Origin: Amphiscolops sp. MND2022
Lineage: Eukaryota
Assembly (NCBI GenBank): GCA_964187785.1
Contig: OZ076409.1
Span: 71,984,001-72,048,000 of the forward strand
Reading direction: 5' to 3'
Length of the DNA stretch: 64,000 bases
Positions 40,262 through 54,936 of this stretch are shown in pieces. How positions within the stretch are numbered: the stretch's first letter is position 1; each line of letters begins with the position of its first letter. The notes below the pieces were generated by a model. It was given only the letters and a program-made list of their open reading frames with translations, ran no database searches and was not told the DNA's origin. A program made the position numbers and the translations under genes.

Positions 40262-42250
40262 GTGGGCGGGGGTAATTCCCCAACAAAAATTACGGCCGGC
40301 GGGTCGGGTCCTGCCGGACGTTCAAATAGCGCGAAGCATCTAGTAGAAAACAAGGAGTCCTGAAACAGCGATTTTAAAATTGAACCGTTAGAATTTGGTT
40401 TTAGATTGCATGCGGCCCTAAAATCCCCATACGAATGGAAGTTCCTGCTGGCGTTAAGCGATTGAAATAATATATAAAAAGTTATGGCCCATTTTTGGGT
40501 CACCGAGAAGGTCAAAATGAAGAAAATTTTAACTAAGTTGCTGATAACTCAAAATGTGTTAATTTTTGGACTTTGACTGTGAAACAAGCTTGGAACCTTC
40601 ATTTCGTGGCTGTGGCATTGCACTGAACACAAAAGATGTAAAGTTTTCACATTTTTTGAAAATTCGACATTTTTGAATTTTTTTTCACTACTATCAGTAC
40701 ACTATATGTCAAAAACACCTCTGAAAAATTTTTTTATTTGCTTAAATTTAGAAACCTTGGTATCCATGGTTTCCGTCAGTACCTACTCGCTGCCAAACAC
40801 TCAACAGTTTGCATCCAATGTGAAAATAAAATTTTTTTCGAGGTCTTAGGTGTTTCACAAGGATTTCTCAACTTAGTATCAATTTACAAATTGGTCATTT
40901 TGAACACATTATTTTCATCGAAGCGTGTCATATACCGCCCTAATGCTCACGAACGGGCCTACTGGCAACGTTGGAACCTTTTATAGAAATGTAAAGTTAT
41001 AAAAAAAAAATTTTCACCCGGTCTTCAGTCATTTTTCAGTCATTCGGAACTTAACTTAGAAAAATTTCGACCAAAATATCCATTTTTTGTGAGGTCGAAA
41101 AATCAAATTCAGATTTTTGAGCAAAATTATTAACTCTGACGTAACCCATGGGGCCCATGATACTCAAAACAACGATTGACACTGATATCAATGGCTCCAA
41201 TAACATATGAGTCGCGATAAGACGTTATTTTGAGCATTACGTCTCAATTGAGGTAAAGATCTCGCAAGCCAGCGATCACTGTGAAATGTGATTTCATCAA
41301 AAATTTACTCTTTTTTGTCAATCACTATGTGCACAGAATGCGTAGGGTGCGTTTCAGCACTATAATGAGGTTTTTGAAGGCATCGAGTTGCTCAAGGGGT
41401 GGTATGAGACATTTTTGTCCCATATACTACTGTATTTTCCAAAATTTTTAGCCCAATATCTGCAAATATAAACTTGACAAAATACTTTCAACTACTTTAT
41501 TCAAAGGTTACAATATAGATGAACACTGTGGTTGATCAGAAACTTTCATCTCTTTCGTTTTCCGAAATATTTCCCTTCGCATGTGTAACATTCGTAGCAG
41601 AAAAAAAATCGAAACTGAAAAATACGCAATTTTGCTAATATAGAATCGCAATGATTGTGCCTAAAAACTCTTTAAACACTTCTAACGCAACCTTACGCAC
41701 CCAAAATGATCGAAAATGCTATTCACAATGGTGACATGTGCTCTTTCTACGATCCTGGCTGGACAAGGTTTGTATATTTTTCAAGTACCTGTCAGCTAAA
41801 TCTTGTGATAGCCTTTTCAGTTGGCCTTGTGTCAACTTGGGAAGGCTATCACATCAAAAAACCATCAACAAAAATAATTTTTGTTTATTAGATCTTACAG
41901 TCGATACTTTTTTCGTGATTCTATACTACCGTTAGTATATTTCATCAGGTCACCTTACGATTGCATTCAGTCTTTGATAAAAACCTATGAACTCAAAGTC
42001 ACATTTATATATTTTTTTGCCAGAAAATAACATCAAAAATATCTAAAATATATAAAATAGAGTCTTTAACATTTTTACGTTTCAAGTTTTTGCCGTTATT
42101 AGGCCAATCAACGTCCTAGAGCCACATCCTGCCACATACTGTACAACGCCACATAGTGTTGCGACGTGCACAGTCTGTGGGCATGCCGAGGCATGCCCTT
42201 CGACGACGTATGCCGAATACCGCGGGCCTACGCCCGCGCTCCCCGGCTAG
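40262..42250 (+). repeat. Unit 17, class A (1989 bp)
   Basis: Nearly identical to unit 14. Confidence 0.92.
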
Positions 42251-44223
42251 GTGCGGGGGGGTAACCCCAACAAATATATTGGAGGATTCGGGTAGGGTCC
42301 TGAATCCGATTTTAACTCTAATAGCTATCGATAGGAAATCTTGCAAAAATTTCGGGATCTCGTGATCTAACCATAGGATTTTAAAGTTGGAGCGGCCCCC
42401 ACCAGATTTTCCAAAGTTATTCGCCCCCCACCGGGGTCCAGCTTGATTGAAATATTCTGACGGGGTACACGGGCGACCGTTAGGGGTCATTTTGGGGGTA
42501 AAATTTATATAATGTCGCATAACTTTTTTCCTGTTGGTTTAAAACTTTAGGACCCTGCTAAAAGTTTCTTGACCATGTTGCAGGGGCCCCGGAGGTCCAA
42601 ACCAAATTTTTCTATCTTGAAGCTATCTCCAAGTACCCCCCCGCCCAAACCGTTATTTTTCCGGAAACGCAGGTTTTTGACCCGGAAGGAGTCGTCTGAG
42701 CGCGGGGTCGTTAGGTGATGTATTGGGGACGGCCTCGAGACGAAGCGGGGGATATATAGTTTGCCGACCCCAGTTTACCCCCCGCACGGGAAATGACCGT
42801 TATATGAGCGGGAAAAATGCCCCCCTCCACGTTTTACCGCTATTTCCGGTGTGAAGGAGTGGGAGTAGCGCGTCGGGTGTTATATAACAAAAGTAGGTTT
42901 AGACAAGGACCTATCGGAAACATGTAGTTTGGGACCCCCTGGTCCAACCCGTTAGCGAGAAATGGGGCTTCCGCCTCCTTTTTTTACTGCTAAAACCGTA
43001 AAATGGGCATTGAGGGGTAAATATCTCGTGAACGCGTGGAGCAATCGTGTCCATCACTATTACAAGGTTTCATACCCATGATATGGTGCCTTCAGGGGGG
43101 CAAACAGATTTCCGCTATCTATCACCGTTACCGACTTGGCCCCCCAGCCTAACCGCTATGTGACCGGAAATGTCACTTTTTGAGCCCAAAGGGTCGGTCC
43201 CAGCCGGGGAACGTTAGGTAACTTATTGTAGTACTCAATGAGACGAGTTGGGGGATATAGTTTCAGTCACCCCCCGTTACCCCTTGGGACCGGAAATGAC
43301 CGTTATGTGGGTAAAATTGCAATTTTTATACTTTTTCAAGTGTATTTAGGTGCGGAAGGCGTGGTAATAGGTGCTTGGACACTATATGAGGTAAGGGAGG
43401 ACGTGAGGCGAGCATTCGGAAATAACCGTTATGTTGACCCTAAAGTCCCCCTGGTACCGTAAACGACCGGAAATGGTCAAATTTTGTGTCTATTGGGTAC
43501 AAATGTTTAGTATTTTGTAGATAAAAGTATCTATTAGGTGTTTCGACGGTCTGCAATAGTGAACATAGTCATGAAACCTTGTGGGGGGTAACGGGGTATA
43601 TAGCACCGGAAGTCCAAACCGTTGGACACAGGATAGGTTTTTGGTTTGAAAATGTCTTTCGGCGTACTTTTGTCGACTATTATGGACTATTATTAAAAAT
43701 TAAAGTTTTTCCATATAGTTTCAGAGACTCCGAAACCTCAACCAACATAACCGTTACATTTTGATAGCCTTTCAAGTTGGCCTGGTGTCAACTTGGAAGC
43801 GCTATCCTTCTGAAATCGTTAATCAAGAGTGTTTTTGGGTAGGTATATATTGCATTAGTACCAATTAGAGCTTCATCAACAGTGTATCAACGACAAAAAC
43901 TATGCCGTCATGATTCCGTTATCAGAATCATAGTGAGCAAATTGTTGAAAAAAATGGTTTTTTCCATACAAAATGTGTCCTAAATGCCAGGAAACCTATT
44001 TACCTAACAAATGGTATTAATTGGAATGTATGTAACAGATTTATAAAAGTTCAAATTGAATATTACATTTCATTATGGAAGCTGAAACGTAATATTTTAG
44101 TTTAATTAACGTCAACGCCACACACTTTACATCAACGCCCACCGTCTGTGGGCATGCCGAGGCATGCCCTTCGACGACGTATGACAAATCCATATCAAAC
44201 GACGCCCGTACATTCCGGGCTAG
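42251..44223 (+). repeat. Unit 18, class B (1973 bp)
   Basis: B interior. Confidence 0.92.
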
Positions 44224-47200
44224 GTGGGCGGGGGTAATTCCCCAACAAAAAAATCGGCCGGCGGGTCGGGTCCTGCCGGCCGTCCAAAATCAAAATTATA
44301 CTAGTAGAAAACGGCCGGTCAAACGAGCTATTTTTTTATTTAACCGTTAGAATTTGGGTTTAGATTGCATGCGGCCATGAAATGGCCATACGAATCGAAG
44401 TTCCTGCTGACGTTTTGCGATTGAATCACTTTATAAAAAGTTATGGCCAATTTGTCATTCACCTAGAAGGGCAAAATGAGGAAAATTTTAACAAAGTCGC
44501 TGATAACTCAAAATGTAATAATTTTTGGACTTTGACAGTGAAACAAGCTTGGACCTGTCATTTCGTGGCTGTGGCATTGCACTGAACACAAAAGATGTAA
44601 AGTTTTCACATTTTTTGAAAATTCGACATTTTTGATTTTTTTTTCACTACTATCAGTACACTATATGTCAAAAACGCCTCTGAAAAAAATTTTTATTTGC
44701 TTAAAATTAGAAACATTGGTATCCATGGTTTCCGTCAGTACCTACTCGCTGCCAAACGCTCAACAGTTTGCATACAATGTGAAAATATAATTTTTTTCGA
44801 GGTCATAGGTGTTTCACAAGGATTTCTCAACTTAGTATCTATTTACAAATTGGTCATTTTGAACACATTATTTTCATCGAAGCGTGTCAGATACCACCCT
44901 AATGCTCACGAATGGGCCTACTGGCAACGTTGGAACCATTTTTAGTAATAGAAAGTATTAAAAAAATATTTTCACCCGGTCTTCAGTCATTTTTCAGACA
45001 TTCGGTACTTAACTTAGAAAAATTTCGCATCAAAAACCCATATTTGGTAGGGTCGAAATTTGAAATTCAGTTTTTTATGCAAAATTATTAACTCTGACGT
45101 AACCAGTGGAGCCCATGATACTCAAAAACACGATTGGGACTGGTATCAGTGGCTCCAATAACATATGAGCCGCGATAAGACGTTATTCAGAGCAAACGCT
45201 CTAAATCGAAGTAAACATCTCTGAAGCCTGGGATCACAGTGAAATGTGATATCACCAAAAGTTTACTCTTTTTTGTCAATCACTATGTACACAGAGTGCG
45301 TAGGGTGAGTTTCAGGACTATAATGAGGTTTTTGAAGTAATCGCGCTGCTCAAGGGGTGGTATGAGACTATTTTTTCCCATATACTACTACATTTCCATA
45401 AATTTGCAGTCCATTGTCTTGGAAAGATAAATTCACAAAAACAATTTTTCTACTCTATTCAGTTATTAGAATAAAGTTGATTACTGTGGTTGATCAGAAA
45501 TGCTCAATTCTTTTGGTTTTTAAAAAAATTCCTTCGCATTCGTTACATTTGTGGAAGGAAGGTTATCAGTAGCTCCAAAAAAAACGAAATTTAGCACGAA
45601 CAGACATGCAACGATGCAAAGCAAAAACGTTTTTACAACTTCCGACGTCATTATTTTACCCAAGAAGTTCGAAAATATCATTCGCAATGCTGTCATTCGC
45701 TATATATACGATCGCGGTCAATTTACAAACATTTAGATTTCATTGTTATGCTTGAAAACCAATTTTTGTCAGGTCGAAATTTTAAATTTTGCCTGGGGAG
45801 CAATACCCTTCACGCTGAAGTAAACAGTGGGGCCCAAGTTACTCAAAAACAAGAAAGAGACTGCTACAATATGTCCTAATAACATATGGACCACGATAGT
45901 ACGTTTTTCCTACAAAAAACTCTCATCCGAAGTAAATATGTTGAAAGCTTTTAATCACCGTGAGAAGTGATTTCATCAAAAAATAACTATTTTTTGTCAA
46001 TCACTATTTACACAGAATTTGTAAAGTTAGTTTGAGTCATGAAATGAGGCTTTACCGTAATATGGGTTGCTCAAGGTGTTATATAAGACAAAAACTTCCT
46101 CTTTTCTACTAGCTTCTTCAAATATTTCAACCCTTTCTCACAATAAGTTAATATTCAAAATCTCTTTGAAATGTATCTTTATGTTGGGGTGAAGTCTAAG
46201 AACAATAACTATGATCGAAGAATGCTAGTACTGGTGTTTGAACCATGTCCGGATGAACAAATCACAAAATAATCAAAAAATTGTTCCCTTTTTTGGTTAT
46301 TTTGGCAGTACTAAAAATGTTAGCTGATAAATAATTTTTTCGATGGCACCATTGGATTCCTCTCAAAAAGTTGGTTATATGACCTGTGTAATAACCCCGT
46401 ATCTTTTCAATTTGAATATATTTAAAAAGCCAACTATTTTGACCAAAATCCTAAAAATCATACCATTTCCTAAAAATTTTCAAATGCACCCCATTTGACG
46501 TATTAGATAAGCACAGAAAACTATCATATACCGATCAACTCTACTCCCATTGTAGATTATTAGAATTTTGTTTAGAATGAATTTTGATGGATATTTAAAA
46601 AATTTTGAACCCTCCAAAAATGGGCCAAAATTACACGAAAAAATTGACCTTAAAATACCAAAATGTCAAAAAATCATCAAAACCACGGCTTCTTGGGGTT
46701 CTATCAACTCCGCGTGGTCCACAGAGTATGCTAAAACAGGTTTTACCCGTTTTTGAGCAATATGTGAAAAAGCCGACATTTTTGGGAAAGAAAAACATAC
46801 CATTTCCTAAAAAAATTCAAATGCACGTCATTTGCCGTATTAGAATAGCACAGAAAACTATCACATACCAATCAACTCTACTTTCATTGCAGATGAACAG
46901 AATTTTGTTTAGAATAAATTTTACCGGATAATAAAAAATATTTGAATCCTTCAAAAATGGGCCAAAATTACACGAAAAATGGACCTTAAAAATTTAAAAT
47001 GTCAAAAAATCATCAAAACAACAGCTTCTTGGGGTTCTATCAACTCCACGAGGTCCACAGAGTATGCTAAAACAGGTTTTACCCGTTTTTGAGCAATATG
47101 TGAAAAAGCCGACATTTTTGGGAAAGAAAAACATACCATTTCCTAAAAAAATTCAAATGCACGCCATTTGCCGTATGAAAATAGCACAGAAAACTATCAC

Positions 47201-48984
47201 ATACCAATCAACTCTACTTTCATTGCAGATGAACAGAATTTTGTTTAGAATAAATTTTACCGGATAATAAAAAAAATTGATTCCTTCTAAAATGGGCCAA
47301 AATTACACGAAAAAATGGACCTTAAAATTTTAAAATGTCAAAAAATCATCAAAACCACGGCTTCTTGGGGTTCTATCAACTCCACGTGGTCCACAGAGTA
47401 TGCCTAACCCGGTTTTACCCATCTTTGAGCAAAATGTGAAAATACCGACATTTTTGGAAAAGAAAAACATGCCATTTTCTAATAAATTTCAAATGCACGC
47501 CATTTGCTGTATGAGAATAACACAGAAAGCTGTCACATACCGATCAACTCTACTTCCATTGTAGATTATCAGAAGTTTGTTTAGAATAAATTTTGATGGA
47601 TAATAAAAAAAATTGAATCCATCAAAAATGGGCCAAAATTACACGAAAAAATTGACATTAAAATATCAAAATGTCAAAAAATCATCAAAACCACAGTTTC
47701 TTGGCGTTCTATCAACTCCATATGATACCAAACCAGGTACTGCCAATCGTTTGGGTTATAATAAAAAAACGTCTTTTTTGGCAAGAATTCCATACCATAA
47801 ATAATAATCATGTTCCATATAAGAAGCGAATCATTTCAGATATATACCCTGTTCATTTTTTAAATATTACCGATTATTAATTTAATAGATGTTTTGAATG
47901 TGAGCTTCCTAAAAGGTTCAGGTGTGATGATACGTAAATAGAACCTTAGTTTCATCGAAATCTCAATTGAATATGTCCAATCTTAACCATCAGATAACAA
48001 GAAACACTTAAGTACATTCCATCTCCCCATCGGGGGAGATGAGAATGTACTTTCGAGAAGCCAAATACGTCCAACATTCAAACTTTTGTAACTTTGTATG
48101 TAACTCCTGAAACGAAGAAGGAATAAAATTGTTTCTGGTACATACATGAGTCTTTACTTCAGCTTCTATTTCTGCTGAACAAAACCATTCGACTCTTTTA
48201 CCGGAGTTAAGATCGATTGTTTTACCCAGTGAACAAAGGCATGACTGAAAACGTTTACTACTTTGTTCATAATTTTCCGGCCTTCCGAAATGATGAAACG
48301 TCCACATAACTAAGATAGCAAGTGAATGACTGCGAAATGCACCTTATTAGATGAGGTAAATAACGTGTAAAACTCTCCTTTATCCTAACATGAGGTTGAG
48401 TAATGATCATTTGAGAATAGTTTGATATGTGAATACAATAGTATAAAACAAGTACATTTTATATGAATAACGCCGTGGAAAGCGTTCAGAAAGGACAGTA
48501 GGCTTGTTTGGAACATGTATGTGTGGTGTCCCTTGGTGGCGTTCGCTTAGTGTATATGTCGAGGGGTATTCGAGTTGTTATGATAGAATTTACACACAAG
48601 TCTTTTGTTTTTTGGTTTTTTTAAAATGTCGTTAAGTACCTGCATTCTATCCCCTTCTCAGAGATGACGTGAAGTTACGTTTGCTAAATAAATGTCATCG
48701 AAAGATCACACTCCCGACGAAATTAACTATCTTAACACGTGTTTAGAATTTTAAATAAACAACCGTATAAGATTTTTATATTTCATTGAGTTTGATGAAG
48801 TCTTTTGTTCTTCTCACTACTATTTCAACCAATACACATATCCGTTACCATATCACATGTCTCCTTTAGTACAACGCCACATAGCGTTCCGACGCCCACA
48901 GTCTGTGGGCATGCCGAGGCATGCCCTTCGACGACGTATGGCAAATGGAGCCATGCCCGCCGTCTTTACGGCGGTAGCGGCTAG
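44224..48984 (+). repeat. Unit 19, class L (4761 bp)
   Basis: Near-identical to unit 3; 336-bp subrepeats at ~46459-47720. Confidence 0.92.
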
Positions 48985-50968
48985 GTGGGCGGGGGTAATT
49001 CCCCAACAAAAATTACGGCCGGCGGGTTGGGTCCTGCCGGACGTCAAATAGTGTGAAACATCCAGTAGGAAACGGCGACATAAATCAGCGATTTTAAAAT
49101 TTAACCGTTAGAATTCGGACTTGGAGTGCATGCGGCCCCAAAATGCCCATACGAATCGAAGTTCCTGCTGACGTTAAGCGATAAAAACACTTTATAAAAA
49201 GTTATGGCCCATTTTACGTTCACTTAGAGAGGTAAAATGAGGAAAATTTTAACAAAGTTGCTGATAACTCAAAATACATTAATTTTTGGACTTTGACTGT
49301 GAAACAAGCTTGGAACCTTCGTTTCGTGGCTGTGGCATTGCACTGAACACAAAAGCTGTAAAGTTTTCACATTTTTTGAAAATTCGACATTTTTGAAATT
49401 TTTTTCACTACTATCAGTACCCCATATGTCAAAAACACCTCAGAAAAAAATTTTTATTTGCTTTAAATTGGAAACCTTGGTATCCATGGTTTCTGTCGGA
49501 ACCTACTCGCAGCCAAACACCCAACAGTTTGCATCCAATGTGAAAATAAAAATTTTTTCGGGGTCATAAGCGTTTCACAAGGATTTCTCAACTTAGTATT
49601 AATTTACAAAATGGTCATTTTGAACACAATATTTTCATCGAGGCTTGTCGGCTATAGCCTTAATGTTCTAGAACGGTCCCACTAGCAACGTAGGAACCAT
49701 TTATAGTAATAGAAAGTTTTAAAAAATATTTTCACCCGGTCTTCAGTCATTTTTCAGTCATTCGGAACTTAACTTAGAAAAATTTCGACCAAAATACCCA
49801 GTTTTTGTCAGGTCGAAAACTCAAATTCAGATTTTTAGGCAAAATTATTAACTCTGACGTAACCCATGGGGCCCATGATACTCAAAACAACGATTGACAC
49901 TGGTATCAATGGCTCCAATAACATATGAGTCGCGATAAGACGTTATTTTGAGCAATACGTCTCAATTGAGGTAAAGATCTCGCAAGCCAGCGATCACAGT
50001 GAAATGTGATTTCATCAAAAATATACCCATTTTCGTCAATCATTATGTGCACAGAATGCGTAGGGTGCGTTTCAGCACTATAATGAGGTTTTTGAAGGCA
50101 TCGAGTTGCTCAAGGGGTGGTATGAGACTATTTTGTCCCATATACTACTGTATTTTCCAAAATTTTTAGCCCAATATCTGGAAATACAAACTTGACAAAA
50201 TACTTTCAACTACTTTATTCAAAGGTTACAATATAGATGAACACTGGGGTTGATCAGAAACTTTCATCTCTTTCGTTTTCCGAAATATTTCCCTTCGCAT
50301 GTGTTACATTCGTAGCAGAAAAAAAAATCGAAACTGAAAAATACGCAATTTTGCTAATATAGAATCGCAATGATTGTGCCTAAAAACTCTTTAAACACTT
50401 CTAACGCGACCTTACGCACTCAAAATGATCGAAAATGCTATTCACAATGGTGACAAGTGCTCTTTCTACGATCCTGACTGGACAAGGTTTGCATATTTTT
50501 CAAGTACCTGTCATCTAAATCTTGTGATAGCCTTTTCAGTTGGCCTTGTGTCAACTTGGGAAGGCTATCACATCAAAAAACCATCAACAAAAATAATTCT
50601 TGTTTATTTGATCTTACAGTCGATACTTTTTTTCGTGATTCTATACTACCGTTAGTATATTTCATCAGGTCACCTTACGATTGCATTCAGTCTTTGATAA
50701 AAACCTATGAACTCAAAGTCACATTTATATATTTTTTTGCCAAAAAAACAATCAAAAATATCTAAAATATATGAAATACAGTCTTTAACATTTTTACATT
50801 TCAAGTTTCTGCCGTTATTAGGCCCATCAACTTCCTACAGCCACGCTCTCTGTCATTAGTACAACGCCACATAGTGTTGCGACGTGCACGGTCTGTGGGC
50901 ATGCCGAGGCATGCCCTTCGACGACGTATGCCGAATACCGCGGGCCTACGCCCGCGCTCCCCGGCTAG
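48985..50968 (+). repeat. Unit 20, class A (1984 bp)
   Basis: 5' allele like L' unit 13; A body. Confidence 0.92.
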
Positions 50969-52962
50969 GTGCGGGGGGGAAACCCCATCCCTTATCTTGG
51001 AGGATTCGGGTAGGGTCCTGAATCCGAGTTCAGTGCCGCCAGCTCTCAGTAGAAATCTGGGCATTTTTTTGCGATCTCGTGATCTAACCATAGGATTTTA
51101 AAGTTGGAGCGGCCCCCACCAGATTTTCCAAAGTTATTCGCCCCCCACCGGGTTCCAGCGTGATTGAAATATTTTGTCGGGGTACACGGACGACCGTTAG
51201 GGGTCATTTTGGGGGTAAAATTTATAAAAGTTCGCATAACTTTTTTCCTGTTGGATTAAAACTTTAGGACCCTGCTAAAAGTTTCTTGACCATGTTGCGG
51301 GGGCTCCGGAGGTCCAAACCAAATTTTTCTATCTTGAAGCTATCTCCAAGTACCCCCCCGCCCAAACCGTTATTTTTCCGGAAACGCAGGTTTTTGACCC
51401 GGAAGGAGTCGTCTGAGCGCGGGGTCGTTAGGTGATGTATTGGGGACGGCCTTGAGACGAAGCGGGGGACATGTAATTTGCCGACCCCAGTTTACCCCCC
51501 GGACGGGAAATGACCGTTATATGAGCGGGAAAAATGCCCCCCTCCACGTTTTACCGCTATTTCCGATGGGAAGGAGTGGGAGTAGCGCGTCGGGTGTTAT
51601 ATATCAAAAGTAGGTTTAGACAAGGACCTATCGGAAACATGTAGTTTGGGACCCCCTGGTCCAACCCGTTAGCGGGAAATGGGGCTTCCGCCTCCTTTTT
51701 TTACTGCTAAAACCGTAAAATGGGCATTGAGGGGTAAATATCTCGTGAACGCGTGGAGCAATCGTGTCCATCACTACTACAAGGTTTCATACCCATGATA
51801 TGGTGCCTTCAGGGGGGCAAACAGATTTCCGCTATCTATCACCGTTACCGACTTGGCCCCCCAGCCTAACCGCTATGTGACCGGAAATGTCACTTTTTGA
51901 GCCCAAAGGGTCGGTCCCAGCCGGGGAACGTTAGGTAACTTATTGTAGTACTCAATGAGACGAGTTGGGGGATATAGTTTCAGTCAACCCCCGTTACCCC
52001 TTGGGACCGGAAATGACTGTTATGTGGGTAAATTTGCAATTTTTATACTCTTTGAAGTGTATTTAGGTGCGGAAGGAGTGGTAATAGGTGCTTGGACACT
52101 ATATGATGTAATGGAGGTCGTGAGGAGAGCATTCGGAAATAACCGTTATGTTGACCCCAAAGTCCCCCTGGTACCGTTAACGACCGGAAATGGCCAAATT
52201 TTGTGTCTATTGGGTACAAATGTTTGGTATTTTATGGATAAAAATACCTGGAAGGTGTTTTAAAGGCCTCCAGAAGTGAACATAGTCATGAAACCTTGTG
52301 GGGGGTAACGGTATATAGCACCGGAAGTCCAAACCGTTGGTCACAGAATAGGTTTTTTGGTTTCAAAATGTCTTTAGGCATAGTTTTGTGGGTTGAATCG
52401 TCATAATATCAACTAATACGGACTTTTTTCGGAAATAAAAGTTTTTCACATTAGTTTCAGGGACCTCCAATGCTTCAGTCAACATAACCGTTACATTTTG
52501 ATAGCCTTTCAAGTTGACCTGGTGTCAACTTGGAAGGGCTATCCTTCTAAAATCGTTAATCAAGAGTGTTTTTGGGTAGGTATATGTTGCATTAGTACCA
52601 ATTAGAGCTTCATAAACAGTTTGCCAACGGCAAAAACGATGTCGTGATAATTCCGTTATAAAAATATTAGTTAACAAATTGTTTTCAAAGTTGATTTTTT
52701 CCATTAAAAATGTGTCCTAATGCCACCAAATTGAATAAAATAATAAATGGTATTGACTAAAACTAAATAACAATGAAAAAGAAGATCAACATTTTTATTA
52801 GTTCTCATTATGGAAGCTGAAACCTCACGTTTTAGTTTAATTAACGTCAACGCCACATACTTTACATCAACGCCCACCGTCTGTGGGCATGCCGAGGCAT
52901 GCCCTTCGACGACGTATACCAAACACCCTCCATATCTACACCCTAACCGCGGTAGCCGCTAG
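50969..52962 (+). repeat. Unit 21, class B, long subtype (1994 bp)
   Basis: B interior with ~20-bp insertion at ~52390-52409. Confidence 0.92.
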
Positions 52963-54936
52963 GTGCGGGGGGGAAACCCCAACAAAATTTTTGGAGGATT
53001 CGGGTAGGGTCCTGAATCCGAGTTCAGTGCTGCCAGCTTTCGTTAAGAAAATTTGGATAGGATTCGGGATCTCCTGATCTAACCATAGGATTTTAAAGTT
53101 GGAGCGGCCCCCACCAGATTTTCCGAAAATTAGCGCCCCCCACCGGGTTCCATACCCCGGAAAATTTTTTTCTGGCCACACGGGCGACCGTTAGGGGGTC
53201 ATTTTAGGGGTAAAATTCATATTGGGCCACATAACTTTTTTTCTGTTGATTTAAAACTTTGGGACCCTGCTAAAAGTTTCTTGACCGTGTTGCAAGGGCT
53301 CCGGAGGTCCAAACCAAATTTTTCTAGCTTGAAGCTATCTCCAAGTACCCCCCCGCCCAAAACGTTATTTTTCCGGAAACGCAGGTTTTTGACCCGGAAG
53401 GAGTCGTCTGAGCGCGGGGTCGTTAGGTGATGTTTTGGGGACGGCCTTGAGACGAAGTGGGGGACATGTAGTTTGTCAACCTCAGTTTACCCCCCGGACA
53501 GGAAATGACCGTTATATGAGCGGGAAAATTGCCCCCCTCCACGTTTTACCGCTATTTCCGGTGTGAAGGAGTGGGAGTAGCGCGTCGGGTGCCATATATC
53601 AAAAGTAGGTTCAGACAAGGACCTATCGGAAACATGTGGTTTGGGACCCCCTGGACCAACCCGTTAGCGGGAAATGGGGCTTCCGCCTCCTTTTTTTACG
53701 GTTAAAAACGGAAAATGGGCATTGAGGGGTAAATATCTCGTGAACGCGTGGAGCTAAGGTGTCCTTCACTACTACAAGGTTTCATACCAATGATATGGTG
53801 CCTTCAGGGGGGCAAACAGATTTCCGCTATCTATCACCGTTACGGACTTGGCCCCCCAGCCTAACCGTTAAGTGACCGGAAATGTCATATTTTGAGCCCA
53901 AAGGGTCGGTCTCAGCCAGTGAACGTTAGGTAACTTATTGTAGTACTCATTGAGACGAGTTGGGGGACATAGTTTCAGTCACCCCCCGTTACCCCTTAGG
54001 ACCGGAAATGACCGTTATGTGAGTAAAATTGCCGTTTTTGTCCTATTTGAAGGGCATTTATATGCGGAAGGAGTGGTAATAGGTGCTTGGACACTATATG
54101 AGGTAAGGGAGGACGTGAGGCGAGCATTCAGACATAACCGTTATGTTGACCCCAAAGTCCCCCTGGTACCGTAAACGACCGGAAATTGTCAAATTTTGTG
54201 TCTATTGGGTACAAATGTTTGGTATTTTGTAAATAAAAGTATCTATTAGGTGTTTCGACGGTCTGCAGTAGTGAACATAGTCATGAAACCTTGTCGGGGG
54301 TAACGGTATATAGCACCGGAAGTCCAAACCGTTAGAGATGGGATAGGTTTTTTCGTTTTAAAATGTCTTTCGGCGTACTTTTGTCAACTAATATGGAATA
54401 TTTTTTAAAATTAAAGTTTTTCCATATAGTTTCAGAGACTCCCAAACCTCAACCAACATAACCGTTACCTTATGATAGCCTTTCAAGTTGGCCTGGTGTC
54501 AACTTGGAAGGGCTATCCTTCAAAAATCGTTGATCAAGTGTGTTTTTGGGTATGTTTGAATAATTTTAGAATCAATTAGAGCTTCAAGAAAAGTTTGCCA
54601 ACGACAAAAACTATGTCGTGATGATTCCGTTATTAGAGTAATAGTTAACAAAATGTTGATAAAGTTGATTTTTTACATTTCAAATGTGTCCTAAAAGCCA
54701 GAAAACCTCTTTACCAAACAAATGGTATTGATTGGATTGTATATAACAGGTAATAAAAGTTCAAATTGATTATTACGTTTTATTATGTAAGCTGAAACGT
54801 CATAATATAGTTTAATGAACGTCAACGCCACATACTTTACACCAACGCCCACCGTCTGTGGGCATGCCGAGGCATGCCCTTCGACGACGTATACCAAATA
54901 CATTTCATATCTACACCCACCCGCGGTAGCAGCTAG
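52963..54936 (+). repeat. Unit 22, class B (1974 bp)
   Basis: B interior; 3' part like unit 6. Confidence 0.92.
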